A DNA stretch of 50,016 nt from Candidatus Peregrinibacteria bacterium CG10_big_fil_rev_8_21_14_0_10_42_8 (GCA_002772815.1 PFDQ01000043.1:15955-65970); one strand, 5' to 3'; counted from the first letter of the stretch, positions 36,460-44,659 are shown. Notes: generated by a model not told the origin, from the sequence alone. Translations and numbers: made by a program.

Positions 36460-36684
36460 ATGGCTAGAACTGCACTAAAGAATAAGCAACGGGCTAAACT
36501 GGACAAATTCCTCCGCGACAAAGCGGCAGGAAGAAAGCCTAAGTTCCCTACAAGGGTCTACAATCGTTGCGAACTCTGCGGTCGACGCCATGGTTTCATA
36601 AGGTTCTTCGGAACATGTCGTATCTGCTTCCGTGAACTCGCTTCAAACGGCGAGATTCCTGGTGTAACTAAATCTTCCTGGTAA
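36460..36684 (+). CDS. rpsN: 30S ribosomal protein S14, zinc-ribbon (C+) short type with an N-terminal insertion
   Basis: [38 protein letters not shown]. Confidence 0.9.
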   Translation: MARTALKNKQRAKLDKFLRDKAAGRKPKFPTRVYNRCELCGRRHGFIRFFGTCRICFRELASNGEIPGVTKSSW

Positions 36685-36686
36685 TT

Positions 36687-37076
36687 ATGACTTACGTAAC
36701 AGACCCAATCGGCGACCTTCTGACTCGAATGCGCAATGCGCAGAAAGCAGGAAAACCTGGCTGTAGCGCTCCGCTTAGCAAGATCAAGTTGCAACTTCTT
36801 GAACTTCTTAAGAAAGAGAAGTGGATTGCAGATGTTACTATAACAGGAGAAGCACCAAAGAAAGACGTGGAAGTAACATTCCACGCTGATAAACCAGCCA
36901 TTCAATTTAAGCGTATCTCCAAGCCAGGTCGTCGTGCATACACTGGTGTGGCAGATCTCAGGCCAGTTCTTAAAGGAGTTGGTATTGCGATCCTCACAAC
37001 AAGCCAAGGTCTTATGACTGATAAGGAAGCACGCGAAAAGAAGATTGGAGGCGAAGTACTCTGTACCATTTCATAA
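36687..37076 (+). CDS. rpsH: 30S ribosomal protein S8
   Basis: DPIGDLLTRMRNAQKAG...GGEVLCTIS. Confidence 0.95.
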   Translation: MTYVTDPIGDLLTRMRNAQKAGKPGCSAPLSKIKLQLLELLKKEKWIADVTITGEAPKKDVEVTFHADKPAIQFKRISKPGRRAYTGVADLRPVLKGVGIAILTTSQGLMTDKEAREKKIGGEVLCTIS

Positions 37077-37077
37077 C

Positions 37078-37623
37078 ATGTCTCGTATTGGAAAAAAACC
37101 AGTGGCAGTTCCTGCAGGCGTGACTGTTGAAGTCAACGGTAAGAATGTTGTGGTAAAGGGGTCAAAAGGAGAGCTGAGTTACGCTCATCTTCCAGAGGTG
37201 AATGTATCTGTCGATGGCAATCAGGTTGTTGTGACACGTATCGATGATAGTATCGCTGCTCGTGCACGTCACGGTCTTACACGTCAGCTTATTAACAACA
37301 TGGTAATCGGTGTATCTGACGGGTACGAAAAGAAGCTTGAGATTATTGGAGTTGGTTACAAGGCACAGGCAAAAGGAAAGTCTGTAACGCTAAATCTTGG
37401 ACACAGCCATCCAATTGAGTACGTAGCACCTGAGGGAATCGATATTGCTCAGGATGAAAAGAATAAGCAGATCTTGATTATCAAAGGAATCAACAAAGAA
37501 GACGTAGGTCAGGCAGCTGCCGACATCCGCTCATTCCGACCACCAGAGCCATACAAAGGTAAAGGTGTTCGTTATGTTGGTGAACATGTTATTCGCAAAG
37601 CTGGTAAGGCTTCTGGTTCTTAA
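37078..37623 (+). CDS. rplF: 50S ribosomal protein L6
   Basis: Internal ATG one nt after the rpsH stop. MSRIGKKPVAVPAGVTVEV...PEPYKGKGVRY. Confidence 0.95.
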   Translation: MSRIGKKPVAVPAGVTVEVNGKNVVVKGSKGELSYAHLPEVNVSVDGNQVVVTRIDDSIAARARHGLTRQLINNMVIGVSDGYEKKLEIIGVGYKAQAKGKSVTLNLGHSHPIEYVAPEGIDIAQDEKNKQILIIKGINKEDVGQAAADIRSFRPPEPYKGKGVRYVGEHVIRKAGKASGS

Positions 37624-37637
37624 ACGCATTTTAACTC

Positions 37638-37985
37638 ATGAAAACTTCACTTCGATCATACAATCGGCAAGCACGAAAGCGTAGAATTCGCTCAAATTTG
37701 AGCGGAACTGCAGAACGCCCACGTCTCACAGTACACCGTTCATTAATGCAAATGACAGTACAGCTTATTGATGATGTTGAAGGAAAGACACTTGCAGCAG
37801 CATCAACAAAAGAGATCAAAGCAAAGCCAAATATTGAAGGAGCAACAAAGCTTGGTGAGGTAATTGCAAAGAAGGCGAAGGACGCAAAAATCACAACTAT
37901 TGTATTCGACCGAAATGCTTACAGGTATCATGGCCGTATTAAGGCGCTTGCCGATGCAGCTCGCACGGCTGGACTTCAATTCTAA
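37638..37985 (+). CDS. rplR: 50S ribosomal protein L18
   Basis: [14 protein letters not shown]...[26 protein letters not shown]. Confidence 0.95.
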   Translation: MKTSLRSYNRQARKRRIRSNLSGTAERPRLTVHRSLMQMTVQLIDDVEGKTLAAASTKEIKAKPNIEGATKLGEVIAKKAKDAKITTIVFDRNAYRYHGRIKALADAARTAGLQF

Positions 37986-37991
37986 ACGAAC

Positions 37992-38012
37992 TTTCCACTT
38001 TCCACTTTCCAC
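37992..38012 (+). repeat. (TTTCCAC)x3 perfect tandem heptamer in the rplR-rpsE spacer
   Basis: Three exact units end 6 nt before the rpsE ATG. Confidence 0.8.
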
Positions 38013-38018
38013 TACTAA

Positions 38019-38636
38019 ATGACTGCAAAAACCGCTAGACCAGACCGCAAAAAAGGTGACCGCCGTCGCCAGAAAGCCCCTTCTGAATTTGAAGAGACAA
38101 CACTCACGATCGATCGTGTGACACGTGTTGTGGCTGGAGGTCGTCGTATGCGTTTCCGTGCAGTTGTTGTGGTAGGAGACAAAAAAGGACGCGTTGGTAT
38201 TGGAACAGGGAAGTCAGGAGAGGTACAAGGCGCTGTGCAAAAAGCAACAGCTGTTGCAAAGAAGAATATGATCCGTGTACCACTTGTTGATGGAACAATT
38301 CCACATGAAATTGATCATAAGTTTAAGGCATCACGCATCCGCCTTCTTCCTGCACGTGTAGGAACAGGAATCATTGCTGGAGGTGCACTTCGTACAGTTT
38401 TAGAGCATGCTGGAGTACAGAACGTTTTGAGTAAGCGTTACGGTACAAACAACAAGCTCGTAAATGCTCAGTGTGTTATCGAGGCTTTGCAGCTCTTCCG
38501 TGGTGTAGAAGTAGGACCACTTAACCCAGAGCCAATAAAGAAGGAAGATGAAGAAGAACTTCCAGAGAACATCAAGATTACAGAAGTAAGCAAGAAATCT
38601 GTTGATCGCGAGGGGAACTTGAACAAGAAGAAGTAG
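38019..38636 (+). CDS. rpsE: 30S ribosomal protein S5 (C-terminal extension)
   Basis: IDRVTRVVAGGRRMRFRAVVVVGDKKGRVGIGTGKS. 205 aa. Confidence 0.95.
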   Translation: MTAKTARPDRKKGDRRRQKAPSEFEETTLTIDRVTRVVAGGRRMRFRAVVVVGDKKGRVGIGTGKSGEVQGAVQKATAVAKKNMIRVPLVDGTIPHEIDHKFKASRIRLLPARVGTGIIAGGALRTVLEHAGVQNVLSKRYGTNNKLVNAQCVIEALQLFRGVEVGPLNPEPIKKEDEEELPENIKITEVSKKSVDREGNLNKKK

Positions 38637-38692
38637 TTTCTCTTTATTCTTTACATAAAGTAGCTTCACTATTCTTTTTTTGATGATTCTTT

Positions 38693-38855
38693 GTGACTTT
38701 TGAAAGATCAAAAGCAACTTCGTTAATTCCTTTTGTCCCTTTTTCCTTGCTTAGCGACGCAGGTTTACCGAGGAGCGCACAACTCTGTTCTTTTATTATT
38801 TCTTCGTTCATATCAGTGGCTAAGATTTTTGGTTACTTTTCATCGGAAAAGTGAC
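38693..38855 (-). repeat. Structured repeat, copy C (inverted relative to A/B; hairpins at both ends; internal deletion variant)
   Basis: The reverse complement reads GTCACTTTTC-cgat-GAAAAGTAAC CAAAAATCTTAGCCACTGATATGAACGAAGAAATA...GTGCGCTCCTCGGTAAAC..CGTCGCTAAGCAAGGAAAAAGGGACAAAAGG. A second hairpin, GTGACTTTTG-aaagat-CAAAAGCAAC, lies at 38693-38718. Confidence 0.75.
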
Positions 38856-38863
38856 AAAAGAGT

Positions 38864-38869
38864 TATAAT
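38864..38869 (+). promoter_or_regulatory. -10 box TATAAT
   Basis: Consensus hexamer 6 nt upstream of ATG 38876. Confidence 0.45.
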
Positions 38870-38875
38870 TCTGTT

Positions 38876-39385
38876 ATGAAAAAAGCTCTTATCATCATCG
38901 CAAACAGTGGATACCAAGACCACGAATACGCAGGAACGCGAAAGGGTCTTGAGGAGGCAGGTTTTGAGATTGTTCTTGCTGCAAAAGACGCAGGTCCATG
39001 TAGTGGATCTCTGGGTGGAGCAGAACATGCAACGGTCTCACTTCGTGATGTCGATGTTTCCGATTATGATACTATCGCATTTATTGGAGGCCCTGGGGCA
39101 GCACTTCTCGCATCAGATGCTGATGCATTAAAGATAGTAAATGACGCCTACAGAGCAGATATGCCACTTGGAGCTATTTGTATTGCACCAACTATTCTTG
39201 CAAAAGCACAGGTGCTCGAGGGTAAGAGGGCAACCGTATGGAACGAGGACGGTTTACAGAAAGACCTCCTCGAAACCTACGGAGCAGAGTACACAGGAGA
39301 ATCTGTTACGATTGACGGAAACATTGTCACAGGAAATGGACCAAAAGCAGCAGAGGAATTTGGGATAGCATTGGCGAAACTATAG
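38876..39385 (+). CDS. DJ-1/PfpI family protein
   Basis: ALIIIANSGYQDHEY..., nucleophile elbow LGAICIAP, and IVTGNGPKAAEEF. Confidence 0.85.
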   Translation: MKKALIIIANSGYQDHEYAGTRKGLEEAGFEIVLAAKDAGPCSGSLGGAEHATVSLRDVDVSDYDTIAFIGGPGAALLASDADALKIVNDAYRADMPLGAICIAPTILAKAQVLEGKRATVWNEDGLQKDLLETYGAEYTGESVTIDGNIVTGNGPKAAEEFGIALAKL

Positions 39386-40603
39386 TTACTCAAACTTTAG
39401 GCGTCCAAATTGTTGCACCCATACATCTTCGTAGAGCCCGATGCCAATTTCTTCAAATTCTGGTCGAAGCATATTTGTTCGATGACTAGGGGAATTTTTC
39501 CAATCTTGCATAACTTCTTTTACCGTAAGTTGTCCTTTTGCTAGGTTCTCTCCAAGAGAGAAGATTGGTTCACAACTACACTGTTCGTTTCCTTTTATGA
39601 GGTAATTTGAACCAATTTCTAGCGATCCACCTAAGTCAAATTGCTGAGAGCAGGAACAGCTATCTGGGTTAATATCAAGGTATCCACTTCTTCGAATGCG
39701 GTCGACATAGCTCAGTCCTTCTGGTGTGTAGTGGCTAAAGTATCCTCTTTCTGCCATATCTTTTGCATGTCTCTGCCCAGAGAGTTCGAGATAGTAATTA
39801 GACCGTAGTGGTCCAAGATTATACTCTGTTCGAAAATCGTTTACTGCTTTAATGAGATCATTCCGTGTTTGTGATGCGAGGTTTGTACGAGAGGTGAGGA
39901 GCTTCAGAGTGGCATTCTTAATGCTTGTCGGCGTTGAAAGAGACATAAAAATACTTGGTTTTTTATAGAGTGATTCAGTATCTTCTTCAGTAGCAGTAGA
40001 ATGCAGCGGTATAAGCGTGGGCTGTACAGTCACAACGCCTGTTGGCACCATTTTGGCAGGAATGAGCCCATTTATTCCTTGAAGTGATGGCTCTGCCTTG
40101 AGCAGTGTATACACCGCTTTTGCAGCTTCTACATGGGAAATACGTAGGTTAGGATGGAGAAGATGTGGGCTATTGTCATCAGTAAAAAGATAATATCTCC
40201 ACGATAGACCAGCGTAAGGTCCTTCATCATTCTGTGTATCAATATCTGTGTATTGATATGGCAAATTTGTTGTGAGATGAAATGCAATACTCATCATTTT
40301 AAGAAACTCAATACGTGAGACAGAATGATCGGGAAAGACAAACCCTGTGTCTCCCACAGTAATAATTCCTTTTTCGATACCTTTTAAAATATGAGGGGTA
40401 TACCACTGTCCATCAATAACATCTGGATACTTTCCATTACTACGTGTGCCAAGTTCCACTTCAACACCAGCATTCTTAAGGAGGATCATGACTGCCTCAG
40501 ATCGTTTTACATACGAAACTGGTTCAGTTTCAGCTCCGAAAGATTGCGGAATACTACTGAAGAGAAAGATGCCAACAAAGAGGAAGGAATAGAATTTTCG
40601 CAT
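39386..40603 (-). CDS. Secreted SLH-like + CAP/SCP domain protein
   Basis: Signal peptide MRKFYSFLFVGIFLFSSIPQSFG. SLH-like YPDVIDGQWYTPHILKGIEKGIITV. CAP motifs RHAKDMAERGYFSHYTPEG and GENLAKG...WKNSPSHRTNML. It is a paralog of the protein at 5296-6087. Confidence 0.8.
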   Translation of the reverse strand: MRKFYSFLFVGIFLFSSIPQSFGAETEPVSYVKRSEAVMILLKNAGVEVELGTRSNGKYPDVIDGQWYTPHILKGIEKGIITVGDTGFVFPDHSVSRIEFLKMMSIAFHLTTNLPYQYTDIDTQNDEGPYAGLSWRYYLFTDDNSPHLLHPNLRISHVEAAKAVYTLLKAEPSLQGINGLIPAKMVPTGVVTVQPTLIPLHSTATEEDTESLYKKPSIFMSLSTPTSIKNATLKLLTSRTNLASQTRNDLIKAVNDFRTEYNLGPLRSNYYLELSGQRHAKDMAERGYFSHYTPEGLSYVDRIRRSGYLDINPDSCSCSQQFDLGGSLEIGSNYLIKGNEQCSCEPIFSLGENLAKGQLTVKEVMQDWKNSPSHRTNMLRPEFEEIGIGLYEDVWVQQFGRLKFE

Positions 40604-40613
40604 GAATCTATAT

Positions 40614-40622
40614 ATTCTATCA
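40614..40622 (-). promoter_or_regulatory. Extended -10 box TGaTAGAAT
   Basis: Lies 10 nt upstream of ATG 40603. Confidence 0.35.
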
Positions 40623-40719
40623 TAAATTCTGCATTTCTGCCAGAGCACTCTGATCCGCTGAAAATATAGTCAAAAATCTACCCAGAAATGCCTTTACGTC
40701 AGCAAATCTAGTCAGTACC

Positions 40720-41172
40720 ATGTCGCAGATTATGCTACACACTTTAAAGCCAGCACCGGGTTCTCGAAAAAAGTCTATTCGCCGTGGACGTGGTAGCAGC
40801 GCAGGCCGCGGTACAACTGCTGGTCGTGGAACAAAGGGATATGGATCTCGCGCTGGTTCGAGCACTGCTCGAAACTTCGAAGGAGGTCAGACACCACTTC
40901 TTATGCGTCAGCCGAAGCTTGCTGGTTTCAAAAACCCTAACCACAAGGAGTACGAAGTGGTAAATGTTGGAGATCTTGAGCTTAAAGTAAAAGCAGGAAC
41001 GTACGACGTGAAGGATTTGAAAGTTCAGAAACTTGTGAGCACAAACAAGCCAGTAAAACTCCTAAGCCGTGGAGAAGTAAAAAAGAAATTTGAGATCACT
41101 ATCAACGCTGCTTCAAAGGCTGCAATCGCTGCAATTGAAAAGGCTGGTGGAAAGGTCACAGTTCTAAAATAA
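40720..41172 (+). CDS. rplO: 50S ribosomal protein L15
   Basis: LHTLKPAPGSRKKSIRRGRGSSAGRGTTAGRGTKG. Confidence 0.95.
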   Translation: MSQIMLHTLKPAPGSRKKSIRRGRGSSAGRGTTAGRGTKGYGSRAGSSTARNFEGGQTPLLMRQPKLAGFKNPNHKEYEVVNVGDLELKVKAGTYDVKDLKVQKLVSTNKPVKLLSRGEVKKKFEITINAASKAAIAAIEKAGGKVTVLK

Positions 41173-41182
41173 GACTCAACAC

Positions 41183-42466
41183 ATGTTTACGTATTTACGA
41201 CAACTTTGGCACTCTGAGCAGCTGCGAAAGCAGATCCTCGTAACGCTCGGACTCCTTTTGGTGTACCGCGTTGTTGCACACATTGCTGTTCCTGGAACAG
41301 ATCCTTTCGCACTAGAAAGCTTCCTTAATACACGTTCAAGTGGAGGAGTAGTGGGTGTATTTGCAGCACTAACAGGAGGTGCGATCGATAACTTCTCTGT
41401 TGTTCTTCTTGGACTCTCTCCATATATTAATGCATCGATCATCATGCAGCTCTGTACTGTTATTTTCCCTCGTCTAGAGGCAATCAGTAAAGAAGGTGCA
41501 ACTGGTCAGCAGACGATTAACAAGTACACACGGTGGTTGGCAGTTCCTTTGTCGTTCGTACAGAGTTACGGATTCTTGGTATTGCTTGGGGCAGGTGGTG
41601 TACAGCTCGTAGATCTCACATTCCCAGGTGTTCTCTTTCCAATGCTTTACGTAACAGCAGGTGCAATGTTTTTGATGTGGCTTGGAGAGCTCGTTACAGA
41701 GAAAGGAATTGGAAACGGTATTTCACTCATTATCTTCATTGGAATCGTATCTGGAATGCCAACAGTGCTTAGCTCTATGTTCCTTGCAGGACAGGGTAAG
41801 CAGGCTGCATTCTTCCTCTTCTGTATTGTCTCACTTGCAATGCTTGTTTGCGTCGTTCTCTTTACGGATGCGCATAGATTAATTCCGATCACATACGCAA
41901 ACCAAGGTGCAGGACGCGGCGTACAGGGAAACATCCCAATTCGCCTCAACCAAGCAGGAATGATCCCGATCATCTTCTCTATTTCATTGATCACTCTTCC
42001 AGCCATTATTGCACAGTTCCTTGCAACTGCTACTCGTCCAATTCTTCAGCAGACTGCGAACTTCATCAACCTGTATATCAATCCAAATAATCCAAGTATT
42101 CTGTACATGGCGATCTACTTTGGTTTGGTAATGGGATTCACATACTTCTACGTATCTGTTACATTCAAGCCAGATGAAGTAGCTGAAAACATTCAGAAGC
42201 GTGGAGGTTTCGTTCCAGGAATCCGTCCAGGTAAGCAGACAGCAGAACTCTTGCAGCAGGTAAGTAATCGTATGAACCTTTGGGGTGGCCTCTTCCTCGG
42301 AATTGTCGCTATCGTCCCACTTATCTTTACAAAGTATTCAGCACTCAGTTCACAGGATTTGATTATCTCTGGTTCTGGTCTCATCATCGTTGTGGGTGTT
42401 GTGATGGAGCTTATCCGTCAGATAAACGCACAGCTCTTGGCTCACGATTACGAGAAACTCGTTTAA
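41183..42466 (+). CDS. secY: Preprotein translocase subunit SecY
   Basis: 427 aa with 10 TM segments. LGLSPYINASIIMQL and GGFVPGIRPGKQT. Confidence 0.95.
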   Translation: MFTYLRQLWHSEQLRKQILVTLGLLLVYRVVAHIAVPGTDPFALESFLNTRSSGGVVGVFAALTGGAIDNFSVVLLGLSPYINASIIMQLCTVIFPRLEAISKEGATGQQTINKYTRWLAVPLSFVQSYGFLVLLGAGGVQLVDLTFPGVLFPMLYVTAGAMFLMWLGELVTEKGIGNGISLIIFIGIVSGMPTVLSSMFLAGQGKQAAFFLFCIVSLAMLVCVVLFTDAHRLIPITYANQGAGRGVQGNIPIRLNQAGMIPIIFSISLITLPAIIAQFLATATRPILQQTANFINLYINPNNPSILYMAIYFGLVMGFTYFYVSVTFKPDEVAENIQKRGGFVPGIRPGKQTAELLQQVSNRMNLWGGLFLGIVAIVPLIFTKYSALSSQDLIISGSGLIIVVGVVMELIRQINAQLLAHDYEKLV

Positions 42467-42523
42467 CTATTAGTTCCATATATTCATATATATAAGCTTT
42501 TTATGGCAGGTATTTAATACTTG

Positions 42524-42543
42524 CTATATTTAACTAAATATAG
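42524..42543. promoter_or_regulatory. Perfect 20-bp palindrome CTATATTTA-AC-TAAATATAG (candidate operator)
   Basis: Exact 9-bp arms. It ends 28 nt upstream of ATG 42572. Confidence 0.35.
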
Positions 42544-42571
42544 TATATATAACTAATATTCCCATACTATT

Positions 42572-43060
42572 ATGGCTAAGAACGAATCACCAAACGGACC
42601 TAACGCAATAACAGATGAAGCTGGAACACCAGAAGGTGTACATTTTACAAATAGCAATGGCGTACTTACAGTGACGCTCGATTCGTTTGATGTTGATACA
42701 CTGAAAAATGCTGCTAAGGCAATTTTATCTCGTTAATTCCGCACAGATGAATTTGAAGGTTTTGGTTACGTAAGACAAATCTTTATAGACTTTGATGATA
42801 GAGAAGACAGTGGGAGTAGAGCAGTTCAGAAAGATCTTATATCGCCATTAGAGAGGTATCTTCCACTTGGAGGTGACGAAATTATTGCATATCTCAATAG
42901 AGCAACCCTCGAAGAAGCAAGTGAGGAAAGTATCTCTGTTGAAGGGCCATCTGAGATGACAGGATTGGTAAAAAAGAAACTAGAAGAGGTAGTTAAATAT
43001 CCTACTGACACAGGATCAGAGATATCAAATGGTACTCGTGGGATATATGGCAATTCATAG
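42572..43060 (+). pseudogene. Unknown ORF interrupted by one in-frame TAA (54 codons, TAA at 42734-42736, then 107 open codons)
   Basis: My own translation is MAKNESPNGPNAITDEAGTPEGVHF...AAKAILSR*FRTDEFEGFGYVRQIFIDFDDRED...GTRGIYGNS*. The downstream part has no in-frame start codon until near its end. Confidence 0.4.
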
Positions 43061-43132
43061 TATTGGGATAGTAGATGAGGTCATAGTAACGGATTAATCA
43101 GTATTCTCCTTTCTATTTCTTCTTTTCCATTT

Positions 43133-43138
43133 TACACT
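43133..43138 (+). promoter_or_regulatory. -10-like box TACACT
   Basis: Lies 6 nt upstream of the adk ATG (43145). Confidence 0.35.
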
Positions 43139-43144
43139 TTCTGT

Positions 43145-43711
43145 ATGGATCTAGTCTTCTTCGGTATTCAGGGCTCTGGTAAAGGAACGCAAGCTCGTAT
43201 GCTTGCAGAAGAGTTTGGGTATTACATTTTTGAAGCAGGAGGAGAGCTACGAAAGATAAAAGCTTCTGGTACAGAACTTGGTGAAACAGTAAAGAACTAC
43301 ATTGATAATGGAGAACTTGTTCCGTTTGAGATTATCATGAAAGTAGTAAAAGAAGCAGTCGGTAATGTTCCAGAAGAGCAGCAGATCCTGTTTGATGGTA
43401 TTCCACGAGATCTCGACCAAATGAATGCATTTAATACGATTATGAACACAGCAGGAAGAGAGCTTCAGTGTGTGCATATTCTTCTTAATAAAGACGAAGC
43501 AGTAGAGCGCATAAAGAGCCGTGCAGCGATAGAAGGCCGTGCAGATGATGCAGACCAAGAGAAGGTCTTACGTCGTATGGATCTCTTCGTTGATAAGACA
43601 ATGCCAGTGATTAAGGCATATGAATCTGCAGGCAAAGTCATTGAAGTAGATGGGCAGGGGACAGTTGAAGAGATCTACGAGAGAATTAAAAGTGGAATTA
43701 GTAATGCATAG
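43145..43711 (+). CDS. adk: Adenylate kinase (short-LID type, no zinc knuckle)
   Basis: FFGIQGSGKGTQARMLAEEFG (P-loop), LFDGIPRDLDQ. 188 aa. Confidence 0.9.
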   Translation: MDLVFFGIQGSGKGTQARMLAEEFGYYIFEAGGELRKIKASGTELGETVKNYIDNGELVPFEIIMKVVKEAVGNVPEEQQILFDGIPRDLDQMNAFNTIMNTAGRELQCVHILLNKDEAVERIKSRAAIEGRADDADQEKVLRRMDLFVDKTMPVIKAYESAGKVIEVDGQGTVEEIYERIKSGISNA

Positions 43712-43727
43712 CATGTAATTGCTACAG

Positions 43728-43733
43728 TATACT
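43728..43733 (+). promoter_or_regulatory. -10 box TATACT
   Basis: Lies 10 nt upstream of the map ATG (43744). Confidence 0.35.
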
Positions 43734-43743
43734 GACACTATCA

Positions 43744-44493
43744 ATGGGAAAGTTTCAGATATTTACGGCAGAGGAGCAGCAATCTTTACGGGAAGCCGGA
43801 AAGATTCTCTCTGAGTGTTTGGCATACATCGGCGATCTTGTCGCACCTGGTATTACGACAAAAGAGCTCGATCGCGCAGCTGAAGAGTTTATCCGAAGGC
43901 ACGAAGGGGCAACCCCTGCATTTCAGGGGTATCATGGTTACCCAGCGACACTCTGCACATCAGTTAACGAAGAGTGTGTGCATGGCCTCCCAGGGGATAG
44001 AGTACTCAAGGAAGGGGATATCATTGCCACAGACTGTGGAGTAATGATAAACAACCTCTATACAGATGCGTGTCGTACGTTTGGAGTAGGCAAGATCTCT
44101 AAAGAGGCGCAGAAGCTACTAGACGTGACGTCAAATGCCCTAGAGGCAGCAGTAGCAGTGACACGATCTGGTGTGCGCGTAGGAACGATTTCTGCGACCA
44201 TTCAAGACCTTGTCGAAGCCGAAGGGCTGACGATTGTCTCTGCCTTAACAGGGCATGGTCTCGGAAAGACATTGCATCAATTCCCAGATGTCCCAAACTA
44301 TGGAGAAAAAGACACAGGACCAATGCTTCCTGTTGGGACACTTATTGCCGTAGAGCCTATCGTATGTACAGGAAAAGACGGTATCAAAGAGACATCAGAC
44401 CTTTGGACTATTAATACAAGAGACGGGTCACTTTCTGCTCACTTCGAGCACACATTGTTGATCACAGAAGAGGGTTGCGAAATCATTGCGTAA
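43744..44493 (+). CDS. map: Methionine aminopeptidase, type I
   Basis: VHGLPGDRVLKEGDIIATDCG, GHGLGKTLHQFP, and FEHTLLITEEG. Confidence 0.95.
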   Translation: MGKFQIFTAEEQQSLREAGKILSECLAYIGDLVAPGITTKELDRAAEEFIRRHEGATPAFQGYHGYPATLCTSVNEECVHGLPGDRVLKEGDIIATDCGVMINNLYTDACRTFGVGKISKEAQKLLDVTSNALEAAVAVTRSGVRVGTISATIQDLVEAEGLTIVSALTGHGLGKTLHQFPDVPNYGEKDTGPMLPVGTLIAVEPIVCTGKDGIKETSDLWTINTRDGSLSAHFEHTLLITEEGCEIIA

Positions 44494-44562
44494 ATATCGG
44501 CTTAAAACAGTGAAAATGTGGTAAAAATATTTACTTAAACAACATTTTTATTTTTTTGACTA

Positions 44563-44590
44563 GTACTTTTAAAAGAAAGTACACTTTTTT
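44563..44590 (+). terminator. Weak AT-rich hairpin GTACTTT-taaaag-AAAGTAC followed by ACTTTTTT
   Basis: A 7-bp stem plus a T6 run, 70 nt after the map stop. Confidence 0.3.
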
Positions 44591-44659
44591 ACTGCCAAGT
44601 GCTTGATACAGCTTAAATTGCTCTGTAGGATCTCTCGGCTTGTATCCCCGATATGCTTA

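Noticed and set aside
42826-43053. 75-aa minus-strand ORF in the secY-adk spacer.
   Set aside because: It is Ser-rich and low-complexity, and it lies antisense to a more protein-like plus-strand frame. It is probably a shadow of that frame.
44556-44585. Possible TTGACT-N18-TACACT promoter for infA overlapping the weak terminator hairpin.
   Set aside because: The hexamers are acceptable, but the spacing and the -10 box are suboptimal, and the same bases form the hairpin. I could not separate the two interpretations from sequence alone.
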